A stretch of DNA of 64,000 nucleotides from an uncultured Actinomycetota bacterium (GTDB taxonomy: Bacteria > Actinomycetota > Actinomycetes > Actinomycetales > CAWJMD01): positions 1,016,131-1,080,130 of the forward strand of contig OY969553.1 in the NCBI GenBank assembly GCA_963700925.1, in the 5' to 3' direction. Positions 16,157-26,357 of this stretch are shown here, piece after piece (position 1 is the stretch's first letter; the number at the start of each line of letters is the position of its first letter). A program made the position numbers and the translations under genes. The notes below the pieces were generated by a model. That model saw nothing but the letters and a program-made list of their open reading frames with translations. It searched no databases and had not been told where the DNA came from.

Positions 16157-17312
16157 TCAGAGGGTGGGCCGCCTCCGCGTGGCGACCACCACCGCACCGG
16201 CACCAGCCATCAGCAGGATGCCCGCGAGCGCAACCTGAGCCGTGACGGGAGCGCCCGTGGCCGCCAGCGCAGCGCGAGCCGCGCGGGCAGTCCAGTTCAC
16301 GACCGCACGAGGCGAGACCACCGTCAGCTCCACGCCGTTGGAAGCCACTGCGCCGCCGTCGTTCTCGACGAAGGCACGCACCCAGAGACCGTCCTGCGTC
16401 GACCTGACGTTGTCGAGGGTCAGGGTGGTGCCCGTCTCACCCGCGAGGACGGACCAGACGGCGCTCGTCGCTGGACATCTGCCACTGGATCGCCGGGGCG
16501 GGGTCGCCCGACGCCGCGACGGTGAAGCTTGCGTCGTCGCCGGCATCGACGGTCACAGCCACTGGCGCCGTGACGATCACGGTACCGAGGCCTCGACCAA
16601 CAGGTGCGCGGTCGTGCTCGCGACGGTGCCGCCGCCGTTCGTCGCCAGGGCGCGCGCATGGAAGCCGTTGTCGCCCGTCGTGACGCCCGCCAGCACGAGC
16701 TCGGCGTCGGTGGCGTCGTCGACGTCGGTCCAGGTGACCTCGTCCACCGATGTCTGCCACTGGATCGTCGGGGTCGGCTCTCCCTCGACGGTGACGCTGA
16801 ACGTGGCGTCCTTGCCCGAGGTGACGGTCACGTCGTGGGGTCCGGTGAGGGACGGAGCAAGAGCCCGACGCTGAGAAGGGCCGGCTCGCTCTCCGTCGTG
16901 CCGCCGGCGTTGGTGACCACGGCCCGAGCGAGCAGACCGTCGTCCGCAGTGGTGACGCCCTCGAGCAGCAGGTCGGTGCCGGTAGCGCCGACGACGTCGG
17001 TCCAGACGACGTCGTCCGTCGACGACTGCCACTGGACGGTGGGTGTGGGGTCACCGGTGACGGGTGACGGTGAACGTGGCGTCGTCGCCCGAGGTGACCG
17101 TCACGTCGGCCGGGCCAGTAACGCCCGCGGCGAGCGGCTCGACGGTCAGCTCGGCGGAGTCGGTCGGCTGGGTGCCCTCGGCGTTCGTGTACTGCGCTCG
17201 GACGAGGAGGCCGTCGTCGGCGTAGGCGACGTCCGGCAGGGTCAGGGTGTTGCTGGTGGCGCCGCCGACGGGCGACCAGGTCGTTCCGTCGGTCGAGCTC
17301 TCCCAGAGTGAC
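16157..17312 (-). pseudogene. remnant of a sortase-anchored (LAxTG) surface protein with tandem Ig-like repeats; 5'-truncated, at least 4 frameshifts
   Basis: Four repeat units share (T/S)F(T/S)V..G.P.P.(I/V)QWQ, but they are spread over all three minus-strand frames. The C-terminus is LAATG + hydrophobic helix + RRRP. The reading frame begins mid-domain directly after the guaA stop codon, with no start or signal peptide. Confidence 0.7.
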
Positions 17313-17314
17313 CC

Positions 17315-18967
17315 CTACTCCCACTCGATGGTGCCGGGTGGCTTACTCGTGACGTCGAGCACCACACGGTTGACGCCCTCGACCTCGTTGGTGATGCGTG
17401 TGGACACACGCGCCAGCAGGTCGTGCGGCAGGCGTGACCAGTCGGCAGTCATCGCGTCGTCGGAGGACACCGGGCGCAGCACCACCGGGTGGCCGTACGT
17501 CCGTCCGTCACCTTGAACCCCGACCGACCGAATGTCAGCCAGGAGCACGACCGGGCACTGCCAGATGGAGCGGTCGAGCCCTGCCTCGGTGAGCTCCTCC
17601 CGGACGATCGCGTCGGCGGTGCGCAGCGTCTCCAGCCGCTCCGCCGTCACCTCGCCGATGATGCGGATGCCCAGCCCCGGGCCGGGGAACGGCTGTCGCC
17701 ACACGATCGCGTCGGGCAGGCCCAGCTCGGCGCCGACCGCGCGGACCTCGTCCTTGAACAGCGTGCGCAGCGGCTCGACCAGCTCGAACTGCAGGTCGTC
17801 GGGCAGGCCGCCCACGTTGTGGTGGCTCTTGATCGTGGCCGCGCCCTCGCCGCCGCCCGACTCGACCACGTCGGGGTACAGCGTGCCCTGGACGAGGAAC
17901 CGCACCTCGCCGCCGTGGCCGGGGTCGGTCTCCGCCTCGACGTGGCCCCTGGCCACCAGGTCGCGGGCCGCGCCCTCGAACGAGCGGATGAACTCGCGGC
18001 CGATGATCTTGCGCTTGGTCTCCGGGTCGGTGACGCCCGCTAGCGCGGTGAGGAACTGCTGCTCGGCGTCGACCACGACGAGGTCGACTCCGGTGGCCTC
18101 GACGTAGTCGCGCTCCACCTGCTCGGCCTCGCCCCCTCGCAGCAGGCCGTGGTCGACGAAGACGCACGTGAGCTGGTCGCCGACCGCCTCGTGCACGAGC
18201 GCCGCCGCAACGGCCGAGTCGACGCCGCCCGAGAGGCCGCAGATCACCCGGTCCTTGCCAACCTGGTCGCGGATGCGCTGCACCTGCTCGGCGATGACGT
18301 TGCCGGTCGTCCAGTCGCGACCGAGGCCTGCGCCGTGGCGCAGGAAGTTGTCCAGGACCTGCTGGCCGAACGTCGAGTGCTTGACCTCGGGGTGCCACTG
18401 CACGCCGTAGAGCCGGCGCCGCTCGCTCTCGAAGGCCGCGACCGGAGAGCCCGGCGACGACGCAGTGACCGTGAAGCCCTCGGGCGCGGCCTGCACGGCG
18501 TCGCCGTGGCTCATCCACACGCTCTGCGTGTCGGGCTGCCCTCGCAGCAGCACGCTCTCGCCGAGCTCGAGCGCGACCTGCGTGCCGCCGTACTCGCGCA
18601 AGCCGGTTCGGGCGACACCACCACCCAGGGCCAGCGCCATCGCCTGGAAGCCGTAGCAGATGCCCAGCACCGGAACTCCAGCCTCGAACAGCGCCGGGTC
18701 GACCGCGGGCGCGCCGTCGGCATAGACGGACGACGGACCGCCCGAGAGGATCACCGCCGCCGGCTTGCGGGCCAGCAGCTCGCTGACGGGCAGGGTGCAG
18801 GGCACGATCTCGGAGTAGGCGTCAGCCTCACGCACCCGGCGAGCGATGAGCTGCGCGTACTGGGCACCGAAGTCGATGACCAGCACCGGCCGGTGGTCGG
18901 TCACGCCGGCCTCCGCGGTCGCGGGTGGTGCTGCCGGTGCGACGCGGGCGTCGAGCGCATCACTCAT
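17315..18967 (-). CDS. guaA: glutamine-hydrolysing GMP synthase
   Basis: GATase Cys motif [10 protein letters not shown]-loop SGGVDSAV, conserved C-terminal dimerisation domain ending PPGTIEWE. Confidence 0.95.
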   Translation of the reverse strand: MSDALDARVAPAAPPATAEAGVTDHRPVLVIDFGAQYAQLIARRVREADAYSEIVPCTLPVSELLARKPAAVILSGGPSSVYADGAPAVDPALFEAGVPVLGICYGFQAMALALGGGVARTGLREYGGTQVALELGESVLLRGQPDTQSVWMSHGDAVQAAPEGFTVTASSPGSPVAAFESERRRLYGVQWHPEVKHSTFGQQVLDNFLRHGAGLGRDWTTGNVIAEQVQRIRDQVGKDRVICGLSGGVDSAVAAALVHEAVGDQLTCVFVDHGLLRGGEAEQVERDYVEATGVDLVVVDAEQQFLTALAGVTDPETKRKIIGREFIRSFEGAARDLVARGHVEAETDPGHGGEVRFLVQGTLYPDVVESGGGEGAATIKSHHNVGGLPDDLQFELVEPLRTLFKDEVRAVGAELGLPDAIVWRQPFPGPGLGIRIIGEVTAERLETLRTADAIVREELTEAGLDRSIWQCPVVLLADIRSVGVQGDGRTYGHPVVLRPVSSDDAMTADWSRLPHDLLARVSTRITNEVEGVNRVVLDVTSKPPGTIEWE

Positions 18968-18977
18968 GCCCGAGAGG

Positions 18978-19373
18978 TTAGTGGGGAGCCGCGACCTCAC
19001 CGCGCGTGCCTTCGCCCCGCTCGGCCATCAGCTCCCTGACGTCCGTCGTCGTGCGCCGCTCGGCCCAGAACGAGAGCAGCGGCACCACGCCGGCCAGCAC
19101 CAGCGCCAGCAGTCGTCCGAACCGCCAGCGCAGGCTCGACCAGAGGTCGACGACGGTGACCAGGTAGAGCACGTAGATCCAGCCGTGCACCACGGCGACC
19201 CAGTCGCCGATGACCGCCTCTCGCCCGTTCACCTGCACCACGTACTTGAGCACCATCTCGAGGCACAGCAGGAGCAGGAAACCGCCGGTCACGTACGCCA
19301 TCACCCGGTACCTGCCGAGTGCTGGGCCCAGCCGGCGCGGGGTCGGCGTCCGTGCGGTGGTGGTCTCGTTCAC
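18978..19373 (-). CDS. DUF3817-type small integral membrane protein
   Basis: 131 aa from a GTG that overlaps the upstream stop (GTGA). Three or four hydrophobic helices ([23 protein letters not shown]..., [16 protein letters not shown]). Confidence 0.75.
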   Translation of the reverse strand: MNETTTARTPTPRRLGPALGRYRVMAYVTGGFLLLLCLEMVLKYVVQVNGREAVIGDWVAVVHGWIYVLYLVTVVDLWSSLRWRFGRLLALVLAGVVPLLSFWAERRTTTDVRELMAERGEGTRGEVAAPH

Positions 19374-20194
19374 GGGGTGGCGCTCCGGGTGATCTCGGGG
19401 ACGGTGGACGCGTGCTGGCGGTCGAGGTGGTCGTCGCGGACCACTCTCCACCAGAGGAAGACGGCGAAGGCGGCGAAGACCCACCACTGCATCGCGTACG
19501 ACAGGTTCTGCAGCGCAAGGCCGGCGCCACCCTCGGTCTCCGGAACAGGGACGGCGGTCAGCCCGGCGACGGGCTCAGCCGCGAGCAGGTACGCCGCATA
19601 GACCGGCGCGCCCCAGTCGTTGACGAGGTCGGCGGAGCTGAGCGCGGCGAGAGGCTCCCCGTCGGCGGGCAGGCCCACCGGCGCCTCCGAGATCTGCAGC
19701 CTCCCAGTGAAGGTCGTGCCGCCGGTCGGTAGGTCGGACGACGGAGGCACTTCTTCGTCAGCAGCGAGCCAGCCCAGCACGACGGGCAGGCGCGCGCGGT
19801 CGACAACCAGGGGCGCGACGAGCCATCGGCCGGACCGCCCATCCAGATCGCGGTCGGCGACCAGGACGGCACGGTCGGGCTCCAGCTCACCTGTGACTTC
19901 GACGGTCGCGAGGGCCGCCTCGCTGGTCAGGGCCTCTTGCGGGCTGAGCAGGTCGTCAAGGGGCACGGGCGAGCCGTCGGTCGCCTCGGCGGCGCCGGAC
20001 CCCGACTCCGAGCGCGCGCGGTCGAGCTGCCAGCTGCCGAGCCACGCGAAGACCGACGCGAGCGCAAGGGCCAGCGCGAGCAGCGCGAGCCAGCGCGGTC
20101 TCAGAGCGTTGCGCAGCACTCTGTCACGGTAGACCGCGGCCACATGCGCACAGCGGGAGGACTCGTCGGCCTTGCGCGCGCCGACTTGGCGCAT
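19370..20194 (-). CDS. SURF1-like cytochrome oxidase assembly protein
   Basis: N-terminal TM followed by GSWQLDRA, and a C-terminal TM YAMQWWVFAAFAVFLWWR, both typical of SURF1. The start is uncertain (ATG at 20194 or a GTG near 20140). Confidence 0.75.
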   Translation of the reverse strand: MRQVGARKADESSRCAHVAAVYRDRVLRNALRPRWLALLALALALASVFAWLGSWQLDRARSESGSGAAEATDGSPVPLDDLLSPQEALTSEAALATVEVTGELEPDRAVLVADRDLDGRSGRWLVAPLVVDRARLPVVLGWLAADEEVPPSSDLPTGGTTFTGRLQISEAPVGLPADGEPLAALSSADLVNDWGAPVYAAYLLAAEPVAGLTAVPVPETEGGAGLALQNLSYAMQWWVFAAFAVFLWWRVVRDDHLDRQHASTVPEITRSATP

Positions 20195-20273
20195 CCAGCC
20201 AGCGAGTCCTCCCCGTGTGCACAGCCGTAAAGCGTTACGGCTCAGGGACCTACCCGGCGTACCGTCAGTTGTC

Positions 20274-22082
20274 GTGCCCCGAAAGCCCTTGGCGTTCGAC
20301 CTGCGCGTCCCCTGGACCCCGCGCGGTGACCTCGTCGTACCCGCGTTCAGCGGTCCCTGGTGGTACATGGGCTGGCTGGCTCGGCGGCAGTGGCGAACCA
20401 TGCTCGGCGGGGCCGCCTTCGGTGTGGTGTGGATGCTCTGCCAGGCGCTGATGCCCTACGCGCTCGGACGGGCGATCGATGCCGGCATCGCCGACCAGGG
20501 CGTGGCCGGCCAGCAGGTCGACGCGACGCTGCCAACCCTGTGGCCGTGGGTTCTGGTCTTGCTGGGACTCGCTGCGACACAAGGTATCTCCGGAACTCTG
20601 CGGCACCGGCAGGCCGTCTGGAACTGGGTGCAGGCGGCTCTCGGCTCGTCGCGCGTCGTCGGTCACCACGTGTCCCGCACCGGGGTGGCGATGCCCCGCA
20701 AGCTGGCGACCGGCGAGGTCGTCTCGACGGTGGCGTCCGACGCGATCCGGCTCGGCGACGTGTACGACGTGACCGCGCGCTTCACCGGGTCGGTCGTCGC
20801 GTACGCGGTGGTCACCGTGCTGCTGTTGCGCAGCTCGCTGACGCTCGGCCTGGTGGTGGCCGTGGGCGTGCCCGTCCTGGTGTCGCTGCTGGCGTTCGTC
20901 ATCCGACCGCTGCAGAAGGCTCAGGCAGCACAGCGCGAGGCCGCCGGAGCCCTCACGACGCTGGGCGCCGACACCGTCGCCGGGCTGCGGGTGCTGCGCG
21001 GCGTCGGGGGTGAGCAGGTGTTCATGCGGCGCTACGCCAGCCGGTCGCAGCAGGTGCGTGAGGCCGGCATCAGGGTGGCCGGAGTGCAGGCGGGCCTCGA
21101 TGCGCTGCAGGTGCTGCTCCCCGGCGGGTTCATCGTCCTCGTGACGTGGCTGGGTGCCCGGGCGGCGGTCGGCGGCAACATCAGCGCCGGCGAGCTCGTC
21201 GCCTTCTACGGGTACGCCGCGTTCCTCGTCCAGCCGGTCCGCACGGCCACCGAGATGCTGCAGAAGGTCACCCGCGGGCACGTCGCCTCAAGTCGGGTCC
21301 TTGCGGTGCTCGCGGTCGAGCCCGCGGTGAGCGACCCGGCCGACCCCGCTCGCTCGCCCGGACCCCACCCGGCGCTCGACGACCCGGCGACCGGAGTCAG
21401 GATCGAGCCGGGCAGGCTCAGCGTGCTGGTGAGCGCACGTCCCGCCGACACTGCCGCGTTGGCCGAGCGCCTGACGCGTCTGACCGACCGCCCGAACGGT
21501 GAGAAGCGGCTGCCCTCAGCGCGTCTCGGCGGCGTTCCCGTCGACCGGCTGCGTGCGGACGAGGTGCGCCGGCGCGTGGTGCTGGCCGACTCGGACCCAC
21601 GTCTGTTCACGGGCTGGGTGCGCAGCCAGCTCGACCCGTCCGGCCGCCACGACGACGCCACTCTCCTCGACGCGCTGCACACCGCCGCCGCGCACGACGT
21701 GCTTGACGGTCTGCCCAAGGGACTCGACGACGAGGTCAACGAGCGGGGACGGTCGCTGTCAGGCGGTCAGCGCCAACGACTTTCGCTGGCCCGAGCCCTG
21801 CTGACCGATGCCGAGACCCTCGTGCTGGTCGAGCCGACGAGCGCGGTCGACGCGCACACCGAGGCTGTGATCGCCGACCGGCTGAACGCTGCCCGCGCGG
21901 GCCGCACGACCGTCGTCGTGAGTGCCAGCCCGCTGCTGCTCGACCGAGCCGACACCGTCGTGTTCCTCGGTCCCGACGGCGCCGAGCCCACGTACGGCAC
22001 GCACCACGAGCTGCTGCGGCGCGACGACGCCGTCGGAGCCGCCTACCGCCACACCGTGACCCGAGGGGAGGAGGACGCATGA
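20274..22082 (+). CDS. ABC exporter fused permease/ATPase subunit with degenerate nucleotide-binding site
   Basis: Six-helix TMD plus NBD. The signature LSGGQRQRLSLARAL is intact, but Walker A is lost (VSARPADTAAL) and Walker B is LVLVEPTS. The start is uncertain (GTG at 20274, ATG at 20367). Confidence 0.85.
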   Translation: MPRKPLAFDLRVPWTPRGDLVVPAFSGPWWYMGWLARRQWRTMLGGAAFGVVWMLCQALMPYALGRAIDAGIADQGVAGQQVDATLPTLWPWVLVLLGLAATQGISGTLRHRQAVWNWVQAALGSSRVVGHHVSRTGVAMPRKLATGEVVSTVASDAIRLGDVYDVTARFTGSVVAYAVVTVLLLRSSLTLGLVVAVGVPVLVSLLAFVIRPLQKAQAAQREAAGALTTLGADTVAGLRVLRGVGGEQVFMRRYASRSQQVREAGIRVAGVQAGLDALQVLLPGGFIVLVTWLGARAAVGGNISAGELVAFYGYAAFLVQPVRTATEMLQKVTRGHVASSRVLAVLAVEPAVSDPADPARSPGPHPALDDPATGVRIEPGRLSVLVSARPADTAALAERLTRLTDRPNGEKRLPSARLGGVPVDRLRADEVRRRVVLADSDPRLFTGWVRSQLDPSGRHDDATLLDALHTAAAHDVLDGLPKGLDDEVNERGRSLSGGQRQRLSLARALLTDAETLVLVEPTSAVDAHTEAVIADRLNAARAGRTTVVVSASPLLLDRADTVVFLGPDGAEPTYGTHHELLRRDDAVGAAYRHTVTRGEEDA

Positions 22083-23917
22083 CCGTCCAGGACATCGCGA
22101 GCACGCCCGGACACCGGCTGCCGATCGCCGGCGGCCCGGCCGTCCGCGCGCACGCCATGCTGCTGCTGAACCGCCACCGCACCGCCCTGACGGGCACCGT
22201 CGTGCTGTTCGCCCTCTCCTCTCTGGCCAGCCTCGGTGGGCCGTTCCTGATCGGCCGCCTCGTCGACGAGATCGGCTCGGGCACCAGCCTGGGCACGGTG
22301 GACCTGATCGTGCTGGCGCTGGCCGCGTTCCTGCTCACCGAGACCGTCTTCACGTGGCTCGCCAAGCGGTCGGCGATGGTGCTCGGCGAGCGCGTGTTCG
22401 CGGAGCTGCGCGAGAGCTTCATGACCGGCGTGATGGCGCTGCCGCTCTCCACGGTGGAGCGCGCGGGCACGGGAGACCTGGTGGCCCGCACGACGAACGA
22501 CGTCGAGGCGATCTCGTGGTCGGTCAGGTTCGCCGTCCCCAGGATGCTGGTCGCCGCGGTCGCGACCGTGCTGACGATCGGAGGCGCGTTCTTCGCCGGC
22601 GGCCTGGTCGCGCTGGCGATGCTGGCCGGCATCCCGCTGCTCTGGGTGTCGACCCGCTGGTATCTGCGCAAGGCAGGTCCCGGCTACCAGCGTGAGATGG
22701 CTGCGTACGCCCGCCTCAACGGCGCCATCACCGAGACGGTCGACGGGGGACGGACGATCGACGCCCTCTCGCTGGGGCGGCACCGCCGCACCGTGATCGA
22801 CGACGTGCTGCGCTACTGCCTGGTGGCCGAGCGGTACACGCTCTCGATCCGCACGCGCTGGTACCCGGTGATCGAGCTCGCCTACCAGCTGCCCGCTGTG
22901 GTCGCCGTCGCCTGGGGCGGCTGGCTGGTGGCGAACGGGCCGTCGATCGGGGTCGACGTGACCATCGGTCAGGTGACCGCGGTGGCGCTGTACGGGGTGC
23001 GCCTCGTGGAGCCGATGATCGAGCTGATCGAGTGGCTCGACGAGCTGCAGATCGGTGCTGTCGCGCTGTCACGGATGATCGGCATCGACGAGGTGCCGCC
23101 GGACCGCACCGAGCACGGTGACCTGCCGCGCGACAGCCGGCTCTCGGCGCAGGGAGTGAAATACGCCTACCGGGCCGGTCAGGACGTGCTGCACGGTGTC
23201 GACCTGGACCTTCGTCCCGGAGAGCGCCTGGCCGTGGTCGGCCCGTCCGGCGCGGGCAAGTCGACCCTCGGCAAGCTGCTGGCGGGCATCCACCCGCCGA
23301 CCGAGGGTCAGGTCACGGTGGGCGGCGTGCCGATCGTCGGCCTCGCCCTGGATCGGCTGCACCGCGAGGTGGCACTCGTCACCCAGGAGCACCACGTGTT
23401 CGTCGGCACGGTCGCCGAGAACCTCGAGCTGGCAGCGCCGGAGGCCGACGAGGACACGATGCTGCGCGCCCTCGACGCGGTCGACGCCCTCGACTGGGTC
23501 AAGACCCTGCCGGAAGGGCTGGCGACCGTTGTCGGCTCCGGTGGCCACCTGCTCACACCGGCGCAGGCCCAGCAGTTGGCCTTGGCCAGACTGGTGCTGA
23601 CCGACCCCCACACCCTGGTGCTCGACGAGGCCACGTCACTGCTCGACCCCCGGGCTGCCCGCCACCTCGAGCGGTCGCTCTCGGCGGTGCTCGAGGGCCG
23701 CACCGTGGTCGCCATCGCGCACCGGCTGCAGACGGCGCACGACGCCGACCGCGTCGCGGTGGTGGAGGACGGACGGATCACCGAGATCGGTTCGCACGCC
23801 GAGCTCGTCGCGGCCGACGGGTCCTACGCCGCGCTGTGGCGCTCGTGGAGCGACGACCCCGATGCGCCTGACCCCCGTGCCAGCACGGCAGGGCGCATCC
23901 CGGCTCCTCGTTCATGA
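22079..23917 (+). CDS. ABC exporter fused permease/ATPase subunit with consensus ATP site
   Basis: Walker A GPSGAGKST and Walker B LVLDEATSLLD. The signature is degenerate (LTPAQAQQLALARL). ATGA overlap with the preceding subunit. Confidence 0.9.
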   Translation: MTVQDIASTPGHRLPIAGGPAVRAHAMLLLNRHRTALTGTVVLFALSSLASLGGPFLIGRLVDEIGSGTSLGTVDLIVLALAAFLLTETVFTWLAKRSAMVLGERVFAELRESFMTGVMALPLSTVERAGTGDLVARTTNDVEAISWSVRFAVPRMLVAAVATVLTIGGAFFAGGLVALAMLAGIPLLWVSTRWYLRKAGPGYQREMAAYARLNGAITETVDGGRTIDALSLGRHRRTVIDDVLRYCLVAERYTLSIRTRWYPVIELAYQLPAVVAVAWGGWLVANGPSIGVDVTIGQVTAVALYGVRLVEPMIELIEWLDELQIGAVALSRMIGIDEVPPDRTEHGDLPRDSRLSAQGVKYAYRAGQDVLHGVDLDLRPGERLAVVGPSGAGKSTLGKLLAGIHPPTEGQVTVGGVPIVGLALDRLHREVALVTQEHHVFVGTVAENLELAAPEADEDTMLRALDAVDALDWVKTLPEGLATVVGSGGHLLTPAQAQQLALARLVLTDPHTLVLDEATSLLDPRAARHLERSLSAVLEGRTVVAIAHRLQTAHDADRVAVVEDGRITEIGSHAELVAADGSYAALWRSWSDDPDAPDPRASTAGRIPAPRS

Positions 23918-23966
23918 CCGAGTCATGACCGAGTCATGACCGAGCATGAACGAGGCATGAACGAGG
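23912..23966. repeat. 11-bp tandem repeat, 5 units, starting at the ABC gene stop codon
   Basis: tcatgaccgag x3 then catgaacgagg x2. The TGA triplets at 23915, 23926 and 23937 fall in three different frames. Confidence 0.9.
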
Positions 23967-24141
23967 CCTGACAGCTCGAACCTCCTGGAAATTCTTGGTC
24001 ACCAGTCCGTGACCCGCCGCCAAGTCGGCCGTTGAGAAGAGTGCTGACCCGCGGAGCCGGGCCGTCCACCCCCGGTGCCTGGCTCCGCGGGCCGGTTGCC
24101 CTGGGGCAGCAGCACTGCTCGCTGCGACGACTGGAGGACGC

Positions 24142-25653
24142 ATGCCGATGCGCACGGACCCGACGACCTTCCCGCGGCTGGGCCGCCGTGGTGGCACCGC
24201 TGCCCTGGCGGCCGGCGCCCTCGCCGCTGCCGCCCTCACGGGCGCCGCACTCGCCCCCAGCGCCGGTGCTGCGCGCACGACCGGGCTGGCACCCGTCCAG
24301 TCGTTGCTCGCCGGTGAGCTGGCCGGTCTGCCCAAGCTCGGCCAGACCGAGGTGATGGTGCACGGCACGTCGATCACGGCGGCCAGGACCGCGGTGAGCC
24401 GCAGCGGCCTCGACCTGGTGACGACCTTCGACAAGATCGGTGTCGCGGTCGCCACCGGCACGAAGTCCGAGATCGCCGCCGCGAGAACGCAGCCGGGGGT
24501 CACGTACCTCGAAGGCAACACCCCGATCGAGTTCACGCTCGCCACGTCGAACGTCGCGACTCGTGGTGCCGAAGCGGTCAGCACCCTCAACGGACCCGAT
24601 GGCTCCGACCTCGATGGCAGCGGCGTCTCCGTCGCCGTGATCGACTCCGGCATCGACCCGACCCACCCGTTCTTCAAGGAGGCCGACGGCTCGTCGGCAG
24701 TGGTGGCCAACCTCAAGTCGCTGTGCCTGGACGAGTCCACGACCGGCACCGACTGCGTGGTGAGACTGCCGAACAACGTCGACACCGACACGCTGTCCGT
24801 CGGCGGGCACGGCACCCACGTCTCCGGCATCGTCGCTGGTCGCCCGACGGCGATCTCGGACGGGACGACCGTGCAGGGCGCAGCTCCCGGCGCGAAGCTG
24901 GTCTCCATCTCGACCGGAGCCGTGCTGTTCATCATCGGCGCCGACGCGGCGCTGAACTGGGTGCTCGAGAACCACGAGGCCCCTTGCGGCGCAGGCGTTC
25001 CCGCGTCCACCTGCCCGCCGATCAGGGTCACCAACAACTCGTACGGCCCCACCGGGGGCGGCGCGTTCGACCCGAACTCGGCGACCGTGAAGCTGCAGCG
25101 CGCGCTGGCAGCGGAGGGTGTGCTGACGGTCTGGGCTGCCGGCAACGACGGCGGTGACGGGTCGGCGAGCCTGACGAACCCGCCCGGGCAGGACCCGACC
25201 GGCGGCGTGCTGTCGGTGGCCTCGTACTTCGACCAGGGCACCGGCACCCGCGCGGGCACTGTCAGCGACTTCTCGTCGCGAGGCCTGCAGACCGATCCGA
25301 GCACCTGGCCGGACCTGTCGGCTCCCGGTGAGGCCATCACGTCCTCGTGCCGCCTGTACCTGGTGATCTGCGCGACGGGCCTGCAGCCGGTCAACGGCCC
25401 GGGCCTGCTCGACATCGGCACGTTCAACACGATCAGCGGCACCTCGATGGCTGCCCCTCACATCGCGGGCATCGTGGCGCAGCTGGCAGAGGCCGACCCG
25501 AACGCTTCACCCGGCGAGATCGAGGCCGCACTGAAGAGCACCACGCACAAGTACACGAACGGCGCGCCCTACGCGGGGAACGGATCGTCCTATGACAAGG
25601 GGACCGGCCTGGTCGACGTGGTGGGGGCCGCCACCGCGGTCCGGGCCGGGTAG
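24142..25653 (+). CDS. secreted S8 family (subtilisin-like) serine peptidase
   Basis: Signal peptide, then catalytic triad motifs VAVIDSGID (Asp), HGTHVSGIVAG (His) and SGTSMAAPHIAGIVAQ (Ser). Confidence 0.9.
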   Translation: MPMRTDPTTFPRLGRRGGTAALAAGALAAAALTGAALAPSAGAARTTGLAPVQSLLAGELAGLPKLGQTEVMVHGTSITAARTAVSRSGLDLVTTFDKIGVAVATGTKSEIAAARTQPGVTYLEGNTPIEFTLATSNVATRGAEAVSTLNGPDGSDLDGSGVSVAVIDSGIDPTHPFFKEADGSSAVVANLKSLCLDESTTGTDCVVRLPNNVDTDTLSVGGHGTHVSGIVAGRPTAISDGTTVQGAAPGAKLVSISTGAVLFIIGADAALNWVLENHEAPCGAGVPASTCPPIRVTNNSYGPTGGGAFDPNSATVKLQRALAAEGVLTVWAAGNDGGDGSASLTNPPGQDPTGGVLSVASYFDQGTGTRAGTVSDFSSRGLQTDPSTWPDLSAPGEAITSSCRLYLVICATGLQPVNGPGLLDIGTFNTISGTSMAAPHIAGIVAQLAEADPNASPGEIEAALKSTTHKYTNGAPYAGNGSSYDKGTGLVDVVGAATAVRAG

Positions 25654-25832
25654 GAGGGCGACGGGGAGACGCGTCGGGGTCGTCGCGGCCGGCGGGGGTC
25701 GGCCACGACGAGCAACAGACCCCGGGGAGGGGAGACCGAGGGGGTCATGGCAGAGATGCTGTGGCCCCCTCGCTCCGTCCGCGAACGAGCGGGGTCGCTC
25801 AAGCGGACGCCGTCCGGCCCCGATGAACAGGT

Positions 25833-26357
25833 ATGCCCCCCACCAGGCTGCGACCGGCCATGGACGTGGCGATGACGGTCTCGCGCTGCGCCGCCGCCGC
25901 GTACCTGGCGGCTGCCACCGGGCTGCTGACGTGGTCGGTGGTCCCGGTGCTCGCCGGCTGGACGCCCACCGTGATCCTTTCGGGTTCGATGGAGCCGTCC
26001 CTGCGAGCGGGAGACGTGGTCCTGTTCGACCAGAACGGTGCCGATGCCGTCACGCCGGGCCGGATCGTGCTCGCGGACGATCCTGATCGCCCGGGAACCC
26101 TCCTGTCCCACCGCGTCCGCGCCGTCAACGCCGACAACACCCTGACGACGAAGGGCGACGCCAACGCGAGCGACGACGTCGCCCCGGTACCCGCGTCATC
26201 GGTGCACGGACAGGCCAGGCTGCTCGTCCCCCTCGTCGGCCGGGTCGTGCTGTGGGACGACGAGCACCGGACCGGTGCTCTGAGCCTGCTCGCGCTGACC
26301 CTGGGTGCGACCGTGCTGGTGTTCACACCGTCCGCGCGCGACCGTCGAACCGGCTAG
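25833..26357 (+). CDS. S26 family signal peptidase I, SipW/ER-archaeal type
   Basis: N-terminal TM, nucleophile motif SGSMEP, LSHRV His motif and TKGDANASDD box. Stops overlap with the convergent GGDEF gene (CTAG). The start could be 25833 or 25860. Confidence 0.85.
   Translation: MPPTRLRPAMDVAMTVSRCAAAAYLAAATGLLTWSVVPVLAGWTPTVILSGSMEPSLRAGDVVLFDQNGADAVTPGRIVLADDPDRPGTLLSHRVRAVNADNTLTTKGDANASDDVAPVPASSVHGQARLLVPLVGRVVLWDDEHRTGALSLLALTLGATVLVFTPSARDRRTG

Noticed and set aside
23912-23966. Short tandem repeats (also at 43583-43645, 59312-59849 and 63369-63404) considered as a CRISPR array.
   Set aside because: The units are 9-15 bp and directly abutting, with no spacers. No cas genes are present in the window.
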